Assembly (NCBI RefSeq): GCF_003334765.1
Contig: NZ_QOWT01000018.1
Direction: 5' to 3' (one strand)
DNA from: Escherichia coli
Lineage (GTDB): Bacteria; Pseudomonadota; Gammaproteobacteria; Enterobacterales; Enterobacteriaceae
DNA: 64,000 nt
The notes below the pieces were generated by a model. It was not told the origin of the DNA. It saw only the letters and a program-made list of their open reading frames with translations, and did no database searches. Below are positions 10,149 through 20,147 of this stretch, one piece after another. The stretch's first letter is position 1, and every line of letters begins with the position of its first letter. The translations under genes and the position numbers were made by a program.

Positions 10149-10601
10149 ATGAATAACATACAAATAAGAAACTATCAGCCTGGCGATTTTCAGCAACTAT
10201 GCGCTATTTTCATTAGAGCGGTTACGATGACCGCCAGTCAGCATTATTCACCACAACAAATTTCCGCCTGGGCGCAGATTGACGAATCTCGCTGGAAGGA
10301 GAAACTCGCGAAATCACAAGTGTGGGTTGCGATCATTAATGCACAACCGGTTGGTTTTATTTCCCGCATTGAACATTATATCGATATGTTATTTGTTGAC
10401 CCTGAATACACCCGCCGTGGGGTTGCCAGCGCTTTGTTAAAACCTTTGATTAAGTCTGAATCCGAACTTACGGTGGACGCAAGCATAACCGCAAAACCCT
10501 TTTTTGAACGTTATGGTTTTCAGACAGTTAAGCAGCAGCGCGTTGAATGCCGGGGAGCGTGGTTTACTAATTTTTATATGCGATATAAACCGCAACATTA
10601 A
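10149..10601 (+). CDS. yafP: GNAT-family N-acetyltransferase; last gene of the dinB operon
   Basis: 150-aa ORF MNNIQIRNYQPGDFQQLCAIF... with the acetyl-CoA-binding motif RRGVASALL. Confidence 0.9.
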   Translation: MNNIQIRNYQPGDFQQLCAIFIRAVTMTASQHYSPQQISAWAQIDESRWKEKLAKSQVWVAIINAQPVGFISRIEHYIDMLFVDPEYTRRGVASALLKPLIKSESELTVDASITAKPFFERYGFQTVKQQRVECRGAWFTNFYMRYKPQH

Positions 10602-10778
10602 ATCCAGCTTGCAATGAAAATAACGCCCGCCTGGTATGTGCGCGTTTTCTGATTCCACAAACTGCAAGGAGGTAAATCATGACAAATCCTTTATCAATGA
10701 CTCTTTGCAGACCTTTCCAGGATTAATTCTTTTTTTCTTGCCCTGGATTCGTCTGCCATTTCCTGATTTTTATATTTA

Positions 10779-10905
10779 TATACTCTAAATAATTCGAGTT
10801 GCAGGAAGGCGACAAGCGAGTGAATCGCCAGGAGCTTACATAAGTAAGTGACTGGGGTGAACGAACGCAGTCGCAGTACATGCAACTTGAAGTATGACGA
10901 GTATA
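10779..10905. repeat. ERIC/IRU element (enterobacterial repetitive intergenic consensus)
   Basis: It contains gtgaatcgccaggagcttacataagtaagtgactggggtgaacg, which matches the ERIC core targeted by the ERIC1R/ERIC2 primers. It is bounded by the inverted ends tatactc...gagtata and is about 127 bp long. Confidence 0.85.
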
Positions 10906-10906
10906 A

Positions 10907-11173
10907 ATGGAATGGTACATGGGCAAATATATTCGTCCCTTATCCGATGCGGTATTTACCATCGCATCTGATGACCTGTGGATCGAGAGTTTAGCGATCC
11001 AACAATTACACACCACGGCAAATTTACCCAACATGCAGCGCGTAGTGGGGATGCCAGATTTACACCCCGGACGCGGCTACCCGATTGGCGCAGCGTTCTT
11101 CTCTGTTGGTCGTTTTTACCCGGCAAGACGTCGCGGTAACGGTGCTGGAAACAGAAACGGGCCGCTACTCTGA
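10907..11173 (+). pseudogene. ykfJ: N-terminal fragment of an RtcB-family RNA ligase gene
   Basis: The ORF encodes ...[45 protein letters not shown], an RtcB-like N-terminus of about 66 aa. It then runs out of frame into prfH sequence and stops. Confidence 0.8.
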
Positions 11174-11642
11174 CACACTGCGTTCGGCGCTGGTTTCTCT
11201 CGATGGCGATAACGCATGGGCATTAAGCGAAAGCTGGTGTGGCACTATTCAGTGGATTTGTCCGAGTCCGTATCGGCCTCATCATGGGCGCAAAAACTGG
11301 TTTCTGGGCATTGGGCGTTTTACCGCTGATGAGCAGGAACAATCGGATGCAATCCGTTATGAGACGCTGCGTTCGTCGGGGCCGGGCGGTCAACATGTCA
11401 ATAAAACCGACTCGGCGGTACGCGCCACGCATTTGGCATCCGGTATTAGCGTGAAGGTTCAGTCAGAGCGTAGTCAGCATGCTAACAAGCGGCTGGCACG
11501 ATTGCTGATTGCCTGGAAGCTGGAGCAACAGCAACAGGAAAATAGCGCGGCGCTGAAATCGCAGCGGCGAATGTTCCATCACCAGATTGAACGTGGCAAC
11601 CCGCGACGGACATTTACAGGGATGGCTTTTATCGAAGGATAA
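11121..11642 (+). pseudogene. prfH: 5'-truncated peptide-chain-release-factor homolog PrfH
   Basis: Homology starts at [18 protein letters not shown]. The GGQ motif is retained ([16 protein letters not shown]). The first roughly 30 codons of intact PrfH, as I remember it, are missing. The leading [12 protein letters not shown] of ORF 11085..11642 is read from rtcB' sequence in another frame. Confidence 0.8.
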
Positions 11643-11654
11643 TGAAGGATGAAA

Positions 11655-11686
11655 CTGCCGGAAGGCGATTAAACGCCATCCGGCAG
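11655..11686. terminator. GC-rich hairpin between the convergent prfH' and pepD genes
   Basis: ctgccgga...tccggcag with an inner ggcg/cgcc pairing. The flanking T/A tracts are weak. Confidence 0.4.
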
Positions 11687-11698
11687 CAAATCAAATAA

Positions 11699-13156
11699 TT
11701 ACTTCGCCGGAATTTCTTTCAGCAGTTCAGTCAGCAGTGTCCAGTAATGACCTACGCTTTCGATGTGAACTTGCTCATCCGGAGAGTGTGGACCGGTGAT
11801 AGTTGGCCCGATAGAAACCATGTCCATTTCCGGATACGGTTTTTTGAACAGACCACATTCCAGGCCCGCGTGGATAATCTGGATGTTCGGCGTCTTGTTG
11901 AACAGGCGCTGATAGGTTTCACGTACCAGATGCATCACCGGAGAATTAGCGTCCGGCTGCCAGCCAGGATATGCGCCTTTCGCTTCGGTTTTCGCGCCAG
12001 CCAGTTTACCCAGCGAATCCAGCATGCTCACCACGTAGTCTTTACCGCTGTCGATCAGTGAACGGATCAGGCAGTGAATTTCTACGTTATTGTCAGTCAT
12101 GGTCACCACACCGACGTTCAGGGAGGTTTCAACCACACCTTTGGCTACATCGGAGTTACGAATCACACCGTTCGGGGTGGCGTTCAGCAGACGAATAAAG
12201 GTATCGCGAGATTTCGCAATCAGGGCAGCTTTATCGTTCGCTACAGAGTCCAGCAACAAGGCCAGATTTTTCTCTTTTTCTGCCAGCTCGTTTTTCAGGA
12301 TCTCCTGATAGGTATTCACCAGAGATTTCAGGACGTCGACTTTATCAGCTGCGACAGCAATGGTCGCAAAGGCTTCACGCGGGATGGCGTTACGCAGTGT
12401 GCCGCCGTTGAAATCGATAAGGCGCAGATCCAGTTCTTCCGCATGACCCGCCAGGAAGCGCACCAGCAGTTTGTTGGCATTACCCAGCCCAACGTGGATT
12501 TCCCCGCCGGAGTGACCGCCTTTCAGACCTTTTAAGGTTAACTTGAAGGTTTCAAAACCAGCTGGAACCGCTTCACGATCTAAATGCAGGTTGGAGGTGA
12601 AGTCGATACCCCCCGCACAACCCATGTAGATTTCACCTTCTTCTTCGGAGTCGGTGTTAATCAGAATATCAGCCTGCAACCAGTTGCCCTGTAAGCCGAA
12701 CGCACCGTCCATACCGGCTTCTTCGGTCATGGTCAGCAGCACTTCCAGCGGGCCGTGAACCACGTTTTCGTCAGCCAGAACCGCCAGCGCAGAGGCCATA
12801 CCAATGCCGTTATCCGCACCCAGCGTGGTGCCGCGCGCTTTAACCCATTCGCCATCAATATAAGGCTGGATAGGATCTTTCGTGAAGTCATGCACGGTGT
12901 CGTTATTTTTCTGCGGCACCATATCGAGGTGGGCCTGTAAGACGACCGGTTTACGATTTTCCATACCTGCGGTAGCAGGTTTACGAATCAGGATATTACC
13001 TACCTGATCGCGTTCGACATGGAAACCTTTCTCTTTTGCCCAACCAACAATGTATTCAGCGAGTTGCTCTTCATGATAGGACGGGTGAGGAATAGAACAG
13101 ATTTTGGCAAAAATATCCCACAGCGGCTGTGGAGATAATTGAGACAGTTCAGACAC
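11699..13156 (-). CDS. pepD: cytosolic non-specific dipeptidase (aminoacyl-histidine dipeptidase, M20 family)
   Basis: 485-aa ORF MSELSQLSPQPLWDIFAKICSIPHPSYHEEQLAEYIV... Recognised as PepD. Confidence 0.96.
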   Translation of the reverse strand: MSELSQLSPQPLWDIFAKICSIPHPSYHEEQLAEYIVGWAKEKGFHVERDQVGNILIRKPATAGMENRKPVVLQAHLDMVPQKNNDTVHDFTKDPIQPYIDGEWVKARGTTLGADNGIGMASALAVLADENVVHGPLEVLLTMTEEAGMDGAFGLQGNWLQADILINTDSEEEGEIYMGCAGGIDFTSNLHLDREAVPAGFETFKLTLKGLKGGHSGGEIHVGLGNANKLLVRFLAGHAEELDLRLIDFNGGTLRNAIPREAFATIAVAADKVDVLKSLVNTYQEILKNELAEKEKNLALLLDSVANDKAALIAKSRDTFIRLLNATPNGVIRNSDVAKGVVETSLNVGVVTMTDNNVEIHCLIRSLIDSGKDYVVSMLDSLGKLAGAKTEAKGAYPGWQPDANSPVMHLVRETYQRLFNKTPNIQIIHAGLECGLFKKPYPEMDMVSIGPTITGPHSPDEQVHIESVGHYWTLLTELLKEIPAK

Positions 13157-13416
13157 GTTAAGTCTCCTTGTCGATCACCCGCAAAACAGTATTGCAGGTC
13201 ACAGGGTTAGCAGAAAATGTTGTCAACACAAGACAGGCTTGCGAGATATGTTTGAGAATACCACTTTATCCCGCGTCAGGGAGAGGCAGTGCGTAAAAAG
13301 ACGCGGACTCATGTGAAATACTGGTTTTTAGTGCGCCAGATCTCTATAATCTCGCGCAACCTATTTTCCCCTCGAACACTTTTTAAGCCGTAGATAAACA
13401 GGCTGGGACACTTCAC

Positions 13417-13875
13417 ATGAGCGAAAAATACATCGTCACCTGGGACATGTTGCAGATCCATGCACGTAAACTCGCAAGCCGACTGATGCCTTCTGAACAA
13501 TGGAAAGGCATTATTGCCGTAAGCCGTGGCGGTCTGGTACCGGGTGCGTTACTGGCGCGTGAACTGGGTATTCGTCATGTCGATACCGTTTGTATTTCCA
13601 GCTACGATCACGACAACCAGCGCGAGCTTAAAGTGCTGAAACGCGCAGAAGGCGATGGCGAAGGCTTCATCGTTATTGATGACCTGGTGGATACCGGTGG
13701 TACTGCGGTTGCGATTCGTGAAATGTATCCAAAAGCGCACTTTGTCACCATCTTCGCAAAACCGGCTGGTCGTCCGCTGGTTGATGACTATGTTGTTGAT
13801 ATCCCGCAAGATACCTGGATTGAACAGCCGTGGGATATGGGCGTCGTATTCGTCCCGCCAATCTCCGGTCGCTAA
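13417..13875 (+). CDS. gpt: xanthine-guanine phosphoribosyltransferase
   Basis: 152-aa [26 protein letters not shown]... with PRPP-binding motif [13 protein letters not shown]. Confidence 0.97.
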
Positions 13876-13882
13876 TCTTTTC

Positions 13883-13914
13883 AACGCCTGGCACTGCCGG
13901 GCGTTGTTCTTTTT
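13883..13914 (+). terminator. putative rho-independent terminator of gpt
   Basis: The hairpin aacgcctgg/ccgggcgtt is followed by gttcttttt. Confidence 0.6.
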
Positions 13915-13966
13915 AACTTCAGGCGGGTTACAATAGTTTCCAGTAAGTATTCTGGAGGCTGCATCC

Positions 13967-15211
13967 ATGACACAGGCAAACCTGAGCGAAACCCTGTTCA
14001 AACCCCGCTTTAAACATCCTGAAACCTCGACGCTAGTCCGCCGCTTTAATCACGGCGCACAACCGCCTGTGCAGTCGGCCCTTGATGGTAAAACCATCCC
14101 TCACTGGTATCGCATGATTAACCGTCTGATGTGGATCTGGCGCGGCATTGACCCACGCGAAATCCTCGACGTCCAGGCACGTATTGTGATGAGCGATGCC
14201 GAACGTACCGACGATGATTTATACGATACGGTGATTGGCTACCGTGGCGGCAACTGGATTTATGAGTGGGCCACCCAGGCGATGGTGTGGCAACAAAAAG
14301 CCTGTGCGGAAGACGATCCGCAACTCAGTGGTCGTCACTGGCTGCATGCGGCTACGTTGTACAACATTGCCGCCTATCCTCATCTGAAAGGAGATGACCT
14401 GGCCGAGCAAGCGCAGGCTTTGTCAAACCGCGCCTATGAAGAGGCCGCTCAGCGTCTACCGGGCACGATGCGGCAGATGGAGTTTACCGTACCCGGCGGT
14501 GCGCCCATCACCGGCTTTTTGCATATGCCGAAAGGCGATGGCCCGTTCCCGACGGTATTAATGTGTGGTGGTCTGGATGCGATGCAGACGGACTATTACA
14601 GCCTGTATGAACGTTATTTTGCGCCGCGCGGCATTGCGATGCTGACTATTGATATGCCGTCGGTGGGCTTTTCTTCAAAATGGAAGCTCACCCAGGACTC
14701 CAGCCTGTTGCATCAGCACGTCTTAAAGGCGCTGCCTAACGTACCGTGGGTGGATCACACTCGCGTCGCGGCCTTTGGTTTCCGTTTCGGCGCTAACGTT
14801 GCCGTGCGTCTGGCATACCTTGAATCGCCGCGTCTGAAAGCGGTTGCCTGTCTTGGTCCGGTAGTTCATACCCTGTTGAGTGATTTTAAGTGCCAGCAAC
14901 AGGTGCCGGAAATGTATCTTGACGTTCTGGCCAGTCGTTTGGGGATGCATGATGCTTCCGATGAAGCGTTGCGCGTGGAGCTGAATCGCTATTCATTAAA
15001 AGTGCAAGGATTGCTGGGACGTCGCTGCCCAACGCCAATGTTATCAGGCTACTGGAAGAACGATCCGTTCAGCCCGGAAGAGGACTCACGCTTAATCACC
15101 TCATCATCTGCTGACGGTAAATTATTAGAGATCCCATTTAACCCGGTGTATCGGAATTTTGACAAAGGTCTTCAGGAAATCACCGACTGGATCGAAAAAC
15201 GCTTGTGTTAA
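13967..15211 (+). CDS. frsA: alpha/beta-hydrolase esterase FrsA (fermentation/respiration switch protein)
   Basis: 414-aa [30 protein letters not shown]... Recognised as FrsA. Confidence 0.95.
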
Positions 15212-15670
<459 letters not shown>

Positions 15671-15679
15671 GTGAAATGT

Positions 15680-15700
15680 GCCGGATGCATCACATCCGGC
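15680..15700. terminator. hairpin between the convergent crl and phoE genes
   Basis: gccggatg-catca-catccggc forms an 8-bp stem. The flanking A/T tracts are modest. Confidence 0.45.
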
Positions 15701-15708
15701 AATATTCA

Positions 15709-16764
15709 TTAAAACTGATACGTCATGCCAACCGCGACAATATCATCATTATTAATATTCAATTTGTTATCGCTATCCAGTTGGTTGATTTTATAATCAA
15801 CAAACGCTGACATATTTTTGTTGAAATAATACGTAGCACCGACGTCGATATAATTGACCAGATCTTCATCACCGATACCTTCAATATCTTTCCCTTTCGA
15901 TAAGACATAACCCAGCGATGGACGCAGACCAAAGTCAAACTGGTATTGAGCGACCGCTTCAAAGTTCTGTGTCTTATTGGCAAAGCCGCCAGTTATTGGC
16001 GTCATTTTGCGTGTTTCAGAATAGAAAGTTGCCAGATAAATATTATTGGCATCGTATTTCAGACCTGTTGCCCATGCTTCTGCACGCTTGCCTGTGCCAC
16101 GGCTTTGCAGGTTCTGCTCGTTGGTGCGATCTGAGTTGGTATAGGCCCCACTAATGGCGAAATCGCTGCCGCCAAAGTCATATGTCAATGACGTGCCGAA
16201 GCCATCGCCGTTTTGCTTTTTAACGTCGCGGTTTTCGTTTTTCCCTTGATATTGCAGGGTTAAGTTCAGGCCATCGATAACGCCGAAGAAGTCGGTGTTC
16301 CGATACGTCGCCAGACCGCTGGCGCGTTTGGTCATAAAGTTGTCGGTCTGCGCCGAGGAATCGCCACCAAATTCCGGGAACATATCGGTCCAGGCTTCCA
16401 CGTCATACAACGCCCCCAGGTTACGACCATAATCGAAAGAACCCAAATCTTTATATTTCAACCCGGCAAAAGCGAGACGCGTTTTTTGCTGTGCAGTATC
16501 ACTCTCTGCTTTATTACCGGCAAACTCTGCTTCCCAACGACCATAACCAGTCAGTTGATCGTTAATTTGTGTTTCGCCTTTAAAACCAAAACGGATATAA
16601 CTCTGGTCGCCATCTTTACTGGCGTTATCACTCATATAATGCATGGCTTTAACTTTGCCATAGACATCCAGTTTATTACCGTCTTTATTATATATTTCTG
16701 CAGCCTGTACAGATGCAGATGCCACAATGCCCATCACCACTAATGCCAGAGTGCTCTTTTTCAT
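15709..16764 (-). CDS. phoE: phosphate-starvation-inducible anion porin PhoE
   Basis: Within ORF 15709..16770, the start at 16764 gives [40 protein letters not shown]... and the protein ends with the porin C-terminus ...VAVGMTYQF. Confidence 0.96.
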   Translation of the reverse strand: MKKSTLALVVMGIVASASVQAAEIYNKDGNKLDVYGKVKAMHYMSDNASKDGDQSYIRFGFKGETQINDQLTGYGRWEAEFAGNKAESDTAQQKTRLAFAGLKYKDLGSFDYGRNLGALYDVEAWTDMFPEFGGDSSAQTDNFMTKRASGLATYRNTDFFGVIDGLNLTLQYQGKNENRDVKKQNGDGFGTSLTYDFGGSDFAISGAYTNSDRTNEQNLQSRGTGKRAEAWATGLKYDANNIYLATFYSETRKMTPITGGFANKTQNFEAVAQYQFDFGLRPSLGYVLSKGKDIEGIGDEDLVNYIDVGATYYFNKNMSAFVDYKINQLDSDNKLNINNDDIVAVGMTYQF

Positions 16765-16845
16765 TTTCATTCCTGATTTTAATTAACGCGCGAATATTCA
16801 GCGGGAGAGTCCCGTTGAAAACAGGAAAGTTTTTAACCTGAGATT

Positions 16846-16863
16846 GTTAAAGATATATTACAG
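16846..16863 (-). promoter_or_regulatory. Pho box (PhoB site) in the phoE promoter
   Basis: The reverse strand reads CTGTAATATATCTTTAAC, two 7-mers resembling CTGTCAT spaced by 4 nt. It lies about 80-100 nt upstream of the phoE ATG. Confidence 0.6.
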
Positions 16864-16900
16864 ATTAATAATATTCTTAAAATGTGGTAATTTATTAAAT

Positions 16901-16919
16901 CTGTAATAAAAGCGTAAAC
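16901..16919 (+). promoter_or_regulatory. second Pho-box-like element, inverted relative to phoE
   Basis: ctgtaataaaagcgtaaac on the + strand. From memory, an upstream inverted pho box has been described for phoE. Confidence 0.4.
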
Positions 16920-17051
16920 AACTGCCGCTAGGCTTGCTGATCCCGCGCAACAAAACGCCATGCTTTGCTCGCAGATGGTTGGCAACCGACGACAGTCCTG
17001 CTAAAACGTTCGTTTGATATCATTTTTCCTAAAATTGAATGGCAGAGAATC

Positions 17052-18155
17052 ATGAGTGACAGCCAGACGCTGGTGGTAAAACTCGGCACCAGTGTGCTAA
17101 CAGGCGGATCGCGCCGTCTGAACCGTGCCCATATCGTTGAACTTGTTCGCCAGTGCGCGCAGTTACATGCCGCCGGGCATCGGATTGTTATTGTGACGTC
17201 GGGCGCGATCGCCGCCGGACGTGAGCACCTGGGTTACCCGGAACTGCCAGCGACCATCGCCTCGAAACAACTGCTGGCGGCGGTAGGGCAGAGTCGACTG
17301 ATTCAACTGTGGGAACAGCTGTTTTCGATTTATGGCATTCACGTCGGGCAAATGCTGCTGACCCGTGCTGATATGGAAGACCGTGAACGCTTCCTGAACG
17401 CCCGCGACACCCTGCGAGCGTTGCTCGATAACAATATCGTTCCGGTAATCAATGAGAACGATGCTGTCGCTACGGCAGAGATTAAGGTCGGCGATAACGA
17501 TAACCTTTCTGCGCTGGCGGCGATTCTTGCGGGTGCCGATAAACTGTTGCTGCTGACCGATCAAAAAGGTTTGTATACCGCTGACCCGCGCAGCAATCCG
17601 CAGGCAGAACTGATTAAAGATGTTTACGGCATTGATGACGCACTGCGCGCGATTGCCGGTGACAGCGTTTCAGGCCTCGGAACTGGCGGCATGAGTACCA
17701 AATTGCAGGCCGCTGACGTGGCTTGCCGTGCGGGTATCGACACCATTATTGCCGCGGGCAGCAAGCCGGGCGTTATTGGTGATGTGATGGAAGGCATTTC
17801 CGTCGGTACGCTGTTCCATGCCCAGGCGACTCCGCTTGAAAACCGTAAACGCTGGATTTTCGGTGCGCCGCCGGCGGGTGAAATCACGGTAGATGAAGGG
17901 GCAACTGCCGCCATTCTGGAACGCGGCAGCTCCCTGTTGCCGAAAGGCATTAAAAGCGTGACTGGCAATTTCTCGCGTGGTGAAGTCATCCGCATTTGCA
18001 ACCTCGAAGGCCGCGATATCGCCCACGGCGTCAGTCGTTACAACAGCGATGCATTACGCCGTATTGCCGGACACCACTCGCAAGAAATTGATGCAATACT
18101 GGGATATGAATACGGCCCGGTTGCCGTTCACCGTGATGACATGATTACCCGTTAA
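17052..18155 (+). CDS. proB: glutamate 5-kinase
   Basis: Within ORF 16965..18155, the start at 17052 gives [32 protein letters not shown]... (367 aa), with a C-terminal PUA domain. Confidence 0.96.
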
Positions 18156-18166
18156 GGAGCAGGCTG

Positions 18167-19420
18167 ATGCTGGAACAAATGGGCATTGCCGCGAAGCAAG
18201 CCTCGTATAAATTAGCGCAACTCTCCAGCCGCGAAAAAAATCGCGTGCTGGAAAAAATCGCCGATGAACTGGAAGCACAAAGCGAAATCATCCTCAACGC
18301 TAACGCCCAGGATGTTGCTGACGCGCGAGCCAATGGCCTTAGCGAAGCGATGCTTGACCGTCTGGCACTGACGCCCGCACGGCTGAAAGGCATTGCCGAC
18401 GATGTACGTCAGGTGTGCAACCTCGCCGATCCGGTGGGGCAGGTAATCGATGGCGGCGTACTGGACAGCGGCCTGCGTCTTGAGCGTCGTCGCGTACCGC
18501 TGGGGGTTATTGGCGTGATTTATGAAGCGCGCCCGAACGTGACGGTTGATGTCGCTTCGCTGTGCCTGAAAACCGGTAATGCGGTGATCCTGCGCGGTGG
18601 CAAAGAAACGTGTCGCACTAACGCTGCAACGGTGGCGGTGATTCAGGACGCCCTGAAATCCTGCGGCTTACCGGCGGGTGCCGTGCAGGCGATTGATAAT
18701 CCTGACCGTGCGCTGGTCAGTGAAATGCTGCGTATGGATAAATACATCGACATGCTGATCCCGCGTGGTGGCGCTGGTTTGCATAAACTGTGCCGTGAAC
18801 AGTCGACAATCCCGGTGATCACAGGTGGTATAGGCGTATGCCATATTTACGTTGATGAAAGTGTAGAGATCGCTGAAGCATTAAAAGTGATCGTCAACGC
18901 GAAAACTCAGCGTCCGAGCACATGTAATACGGTTGAAACGTTGCTGGTGAATAAAAACATCGCCGATAGCTTCCTGCCCGCATTAAGCAAACAAATGGCG
19001 GAAAGCGGCGTGACATTACACGCAGATGCAGCTGCACTGGCGCAGTTGCAGGCAGGCCCTGCGAAGGTGGTTGCTGTTAAAGCCGAAGAGTATGACGATG
19101 AGTTTCTGTCATTAGATTTGAACGTCAAAATCGTCAGCGATCTTGACGATGCCATCGCCCATATTCGTGAACACGGCACACAACACTCCGATGCGATCCT
19201 GACCCGCGATATGCGCAACGCCCAGCGTTTTGTTAACGAAGTGGATTCGTCCGCTGTTTACGTTAACGCCTCTACGCGTTTTACCGACGGCGGCCAGTTT
19301 GGTCTGGGTGCGGAAGTGGCGGTAAGCACACAAAAACTCCACGCGCGTGGCCCAATGGGGCTGGAAGCACTGACCACTTACAAGTGGATCGGCATTGGTG
19401 ATTACACCATTCGTGCGTAA
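18167..19420 (+). CDS. proA: gamma-glutamyl phosphate reductase
   Basis: 417-aa [39 protein letters not shown]... lying 11 nt after proB. Confidence 0.96.
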
Positions 19421-19534
19421 ATAAAACCGGGTGATGCAAAAGTAGCCATTTGATTCACAAGGCCATTGACGCATCGCCCGGTTAGTTTTAACCTTGTCCA
19501 CCGTGATTCACGTTCGTGAACATGTCCTTTCAGG

Positions 19535-19610
19535 GCCGATATAGCTCAGTTGGTAGAGCAGCGCATTCGTAATGCGAAGGTCGTAGGTTCGACTCCTATT
19601 ATCGGCACCA
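19535..19610 (+). tRNA. thrW: tRNA-Thr (anticodon CGU)
   Basis: GCCGATATAGCTCAGTTGGTAGAGCAGCGCATTCGTAATGCGAAGGTCGTAGGTTCGACTCCTATTATCGGCACCA is 76 nt. It has a 7-bp acceptor stem, the anticodon loop tt-CGT-aa, a T-loop GGTTCGA and an encoded CCA. Confidence 0.95.
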
Positions 19611-19736
19611 TTAAAATCAAAGAGTTACCCCATATTTAAATACACCACGTTTCCTCCTGTGCCGTATTTGTGCCATTGTAACCTTGGCAATTCATCAAAA
19701 TACTGTTCTGACATCAGGCAGTGCAGGTGCAGACAT

Positions 19737-20147
19737 TTAAGCCAATTGCTGCCGCCATTCTTTGACGTAGTCAATCAGGGCGCGGAGCTTTGGTGCAATA
19801 TTGCGACGCTGTGGGAAATACAGATAGAAGCCCGGAAATTGTGGAAGAAAGTCATCAAGCAGCGATACAAGCTTACCGCTTTCAATATATGGCCTGAAAG
19901 TTTCCTGAGTGGCAATTGTTATTCCTCCGCCGGCAAGAGCCAGCCTCAACATCAGACGCAGATCATTAGTCGTAATCTGCGGTTCAATCGCAAGGTCGAA
20001 AGTTCTCCCGTTTTCTTCAAATGGCCAGCGATAAGGCGCAACCTCCGGGGACTGACGCCAGCCGATACACTTATGGGTATTTCCCCCGGAGGCGAGAAAG
20101 CGCTCTCCACGCCCGGCCGCAAGGATCAGGACGACGGGGGCAGGCAT
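19737..20147 (-). pseudogene. yagP: chimeric remnant: MobA/MocA-like nucleotidyltransferase N-terminus fused to the C-terminal half of a LysR effector domain
   Basis: The internal start at 20147 follows ggaggagga and overlaps the paoD 3' end by 22 nt. It gives MPAPVVLILAAGRGERFLASGGNTHK (LAAGxGxRF...K NTP-transferase motif). The sequence then continues ...FDLAIEPQITTNDLRLMLRLALAGGGITIA...PGFYLYFPQRRNIAPKLRALIDYV, which is a LysR substrate-binding domain. No HTH is present. Confidence 0.75.

Noticed and set aside
10694-11034. Minus-strand ORFs 10694..10885 and 10723..11034.
   Set aside because: They run through the ERIC repeat and antisense to the rtcB' fragment, which makes them repeat-derived artefacts.
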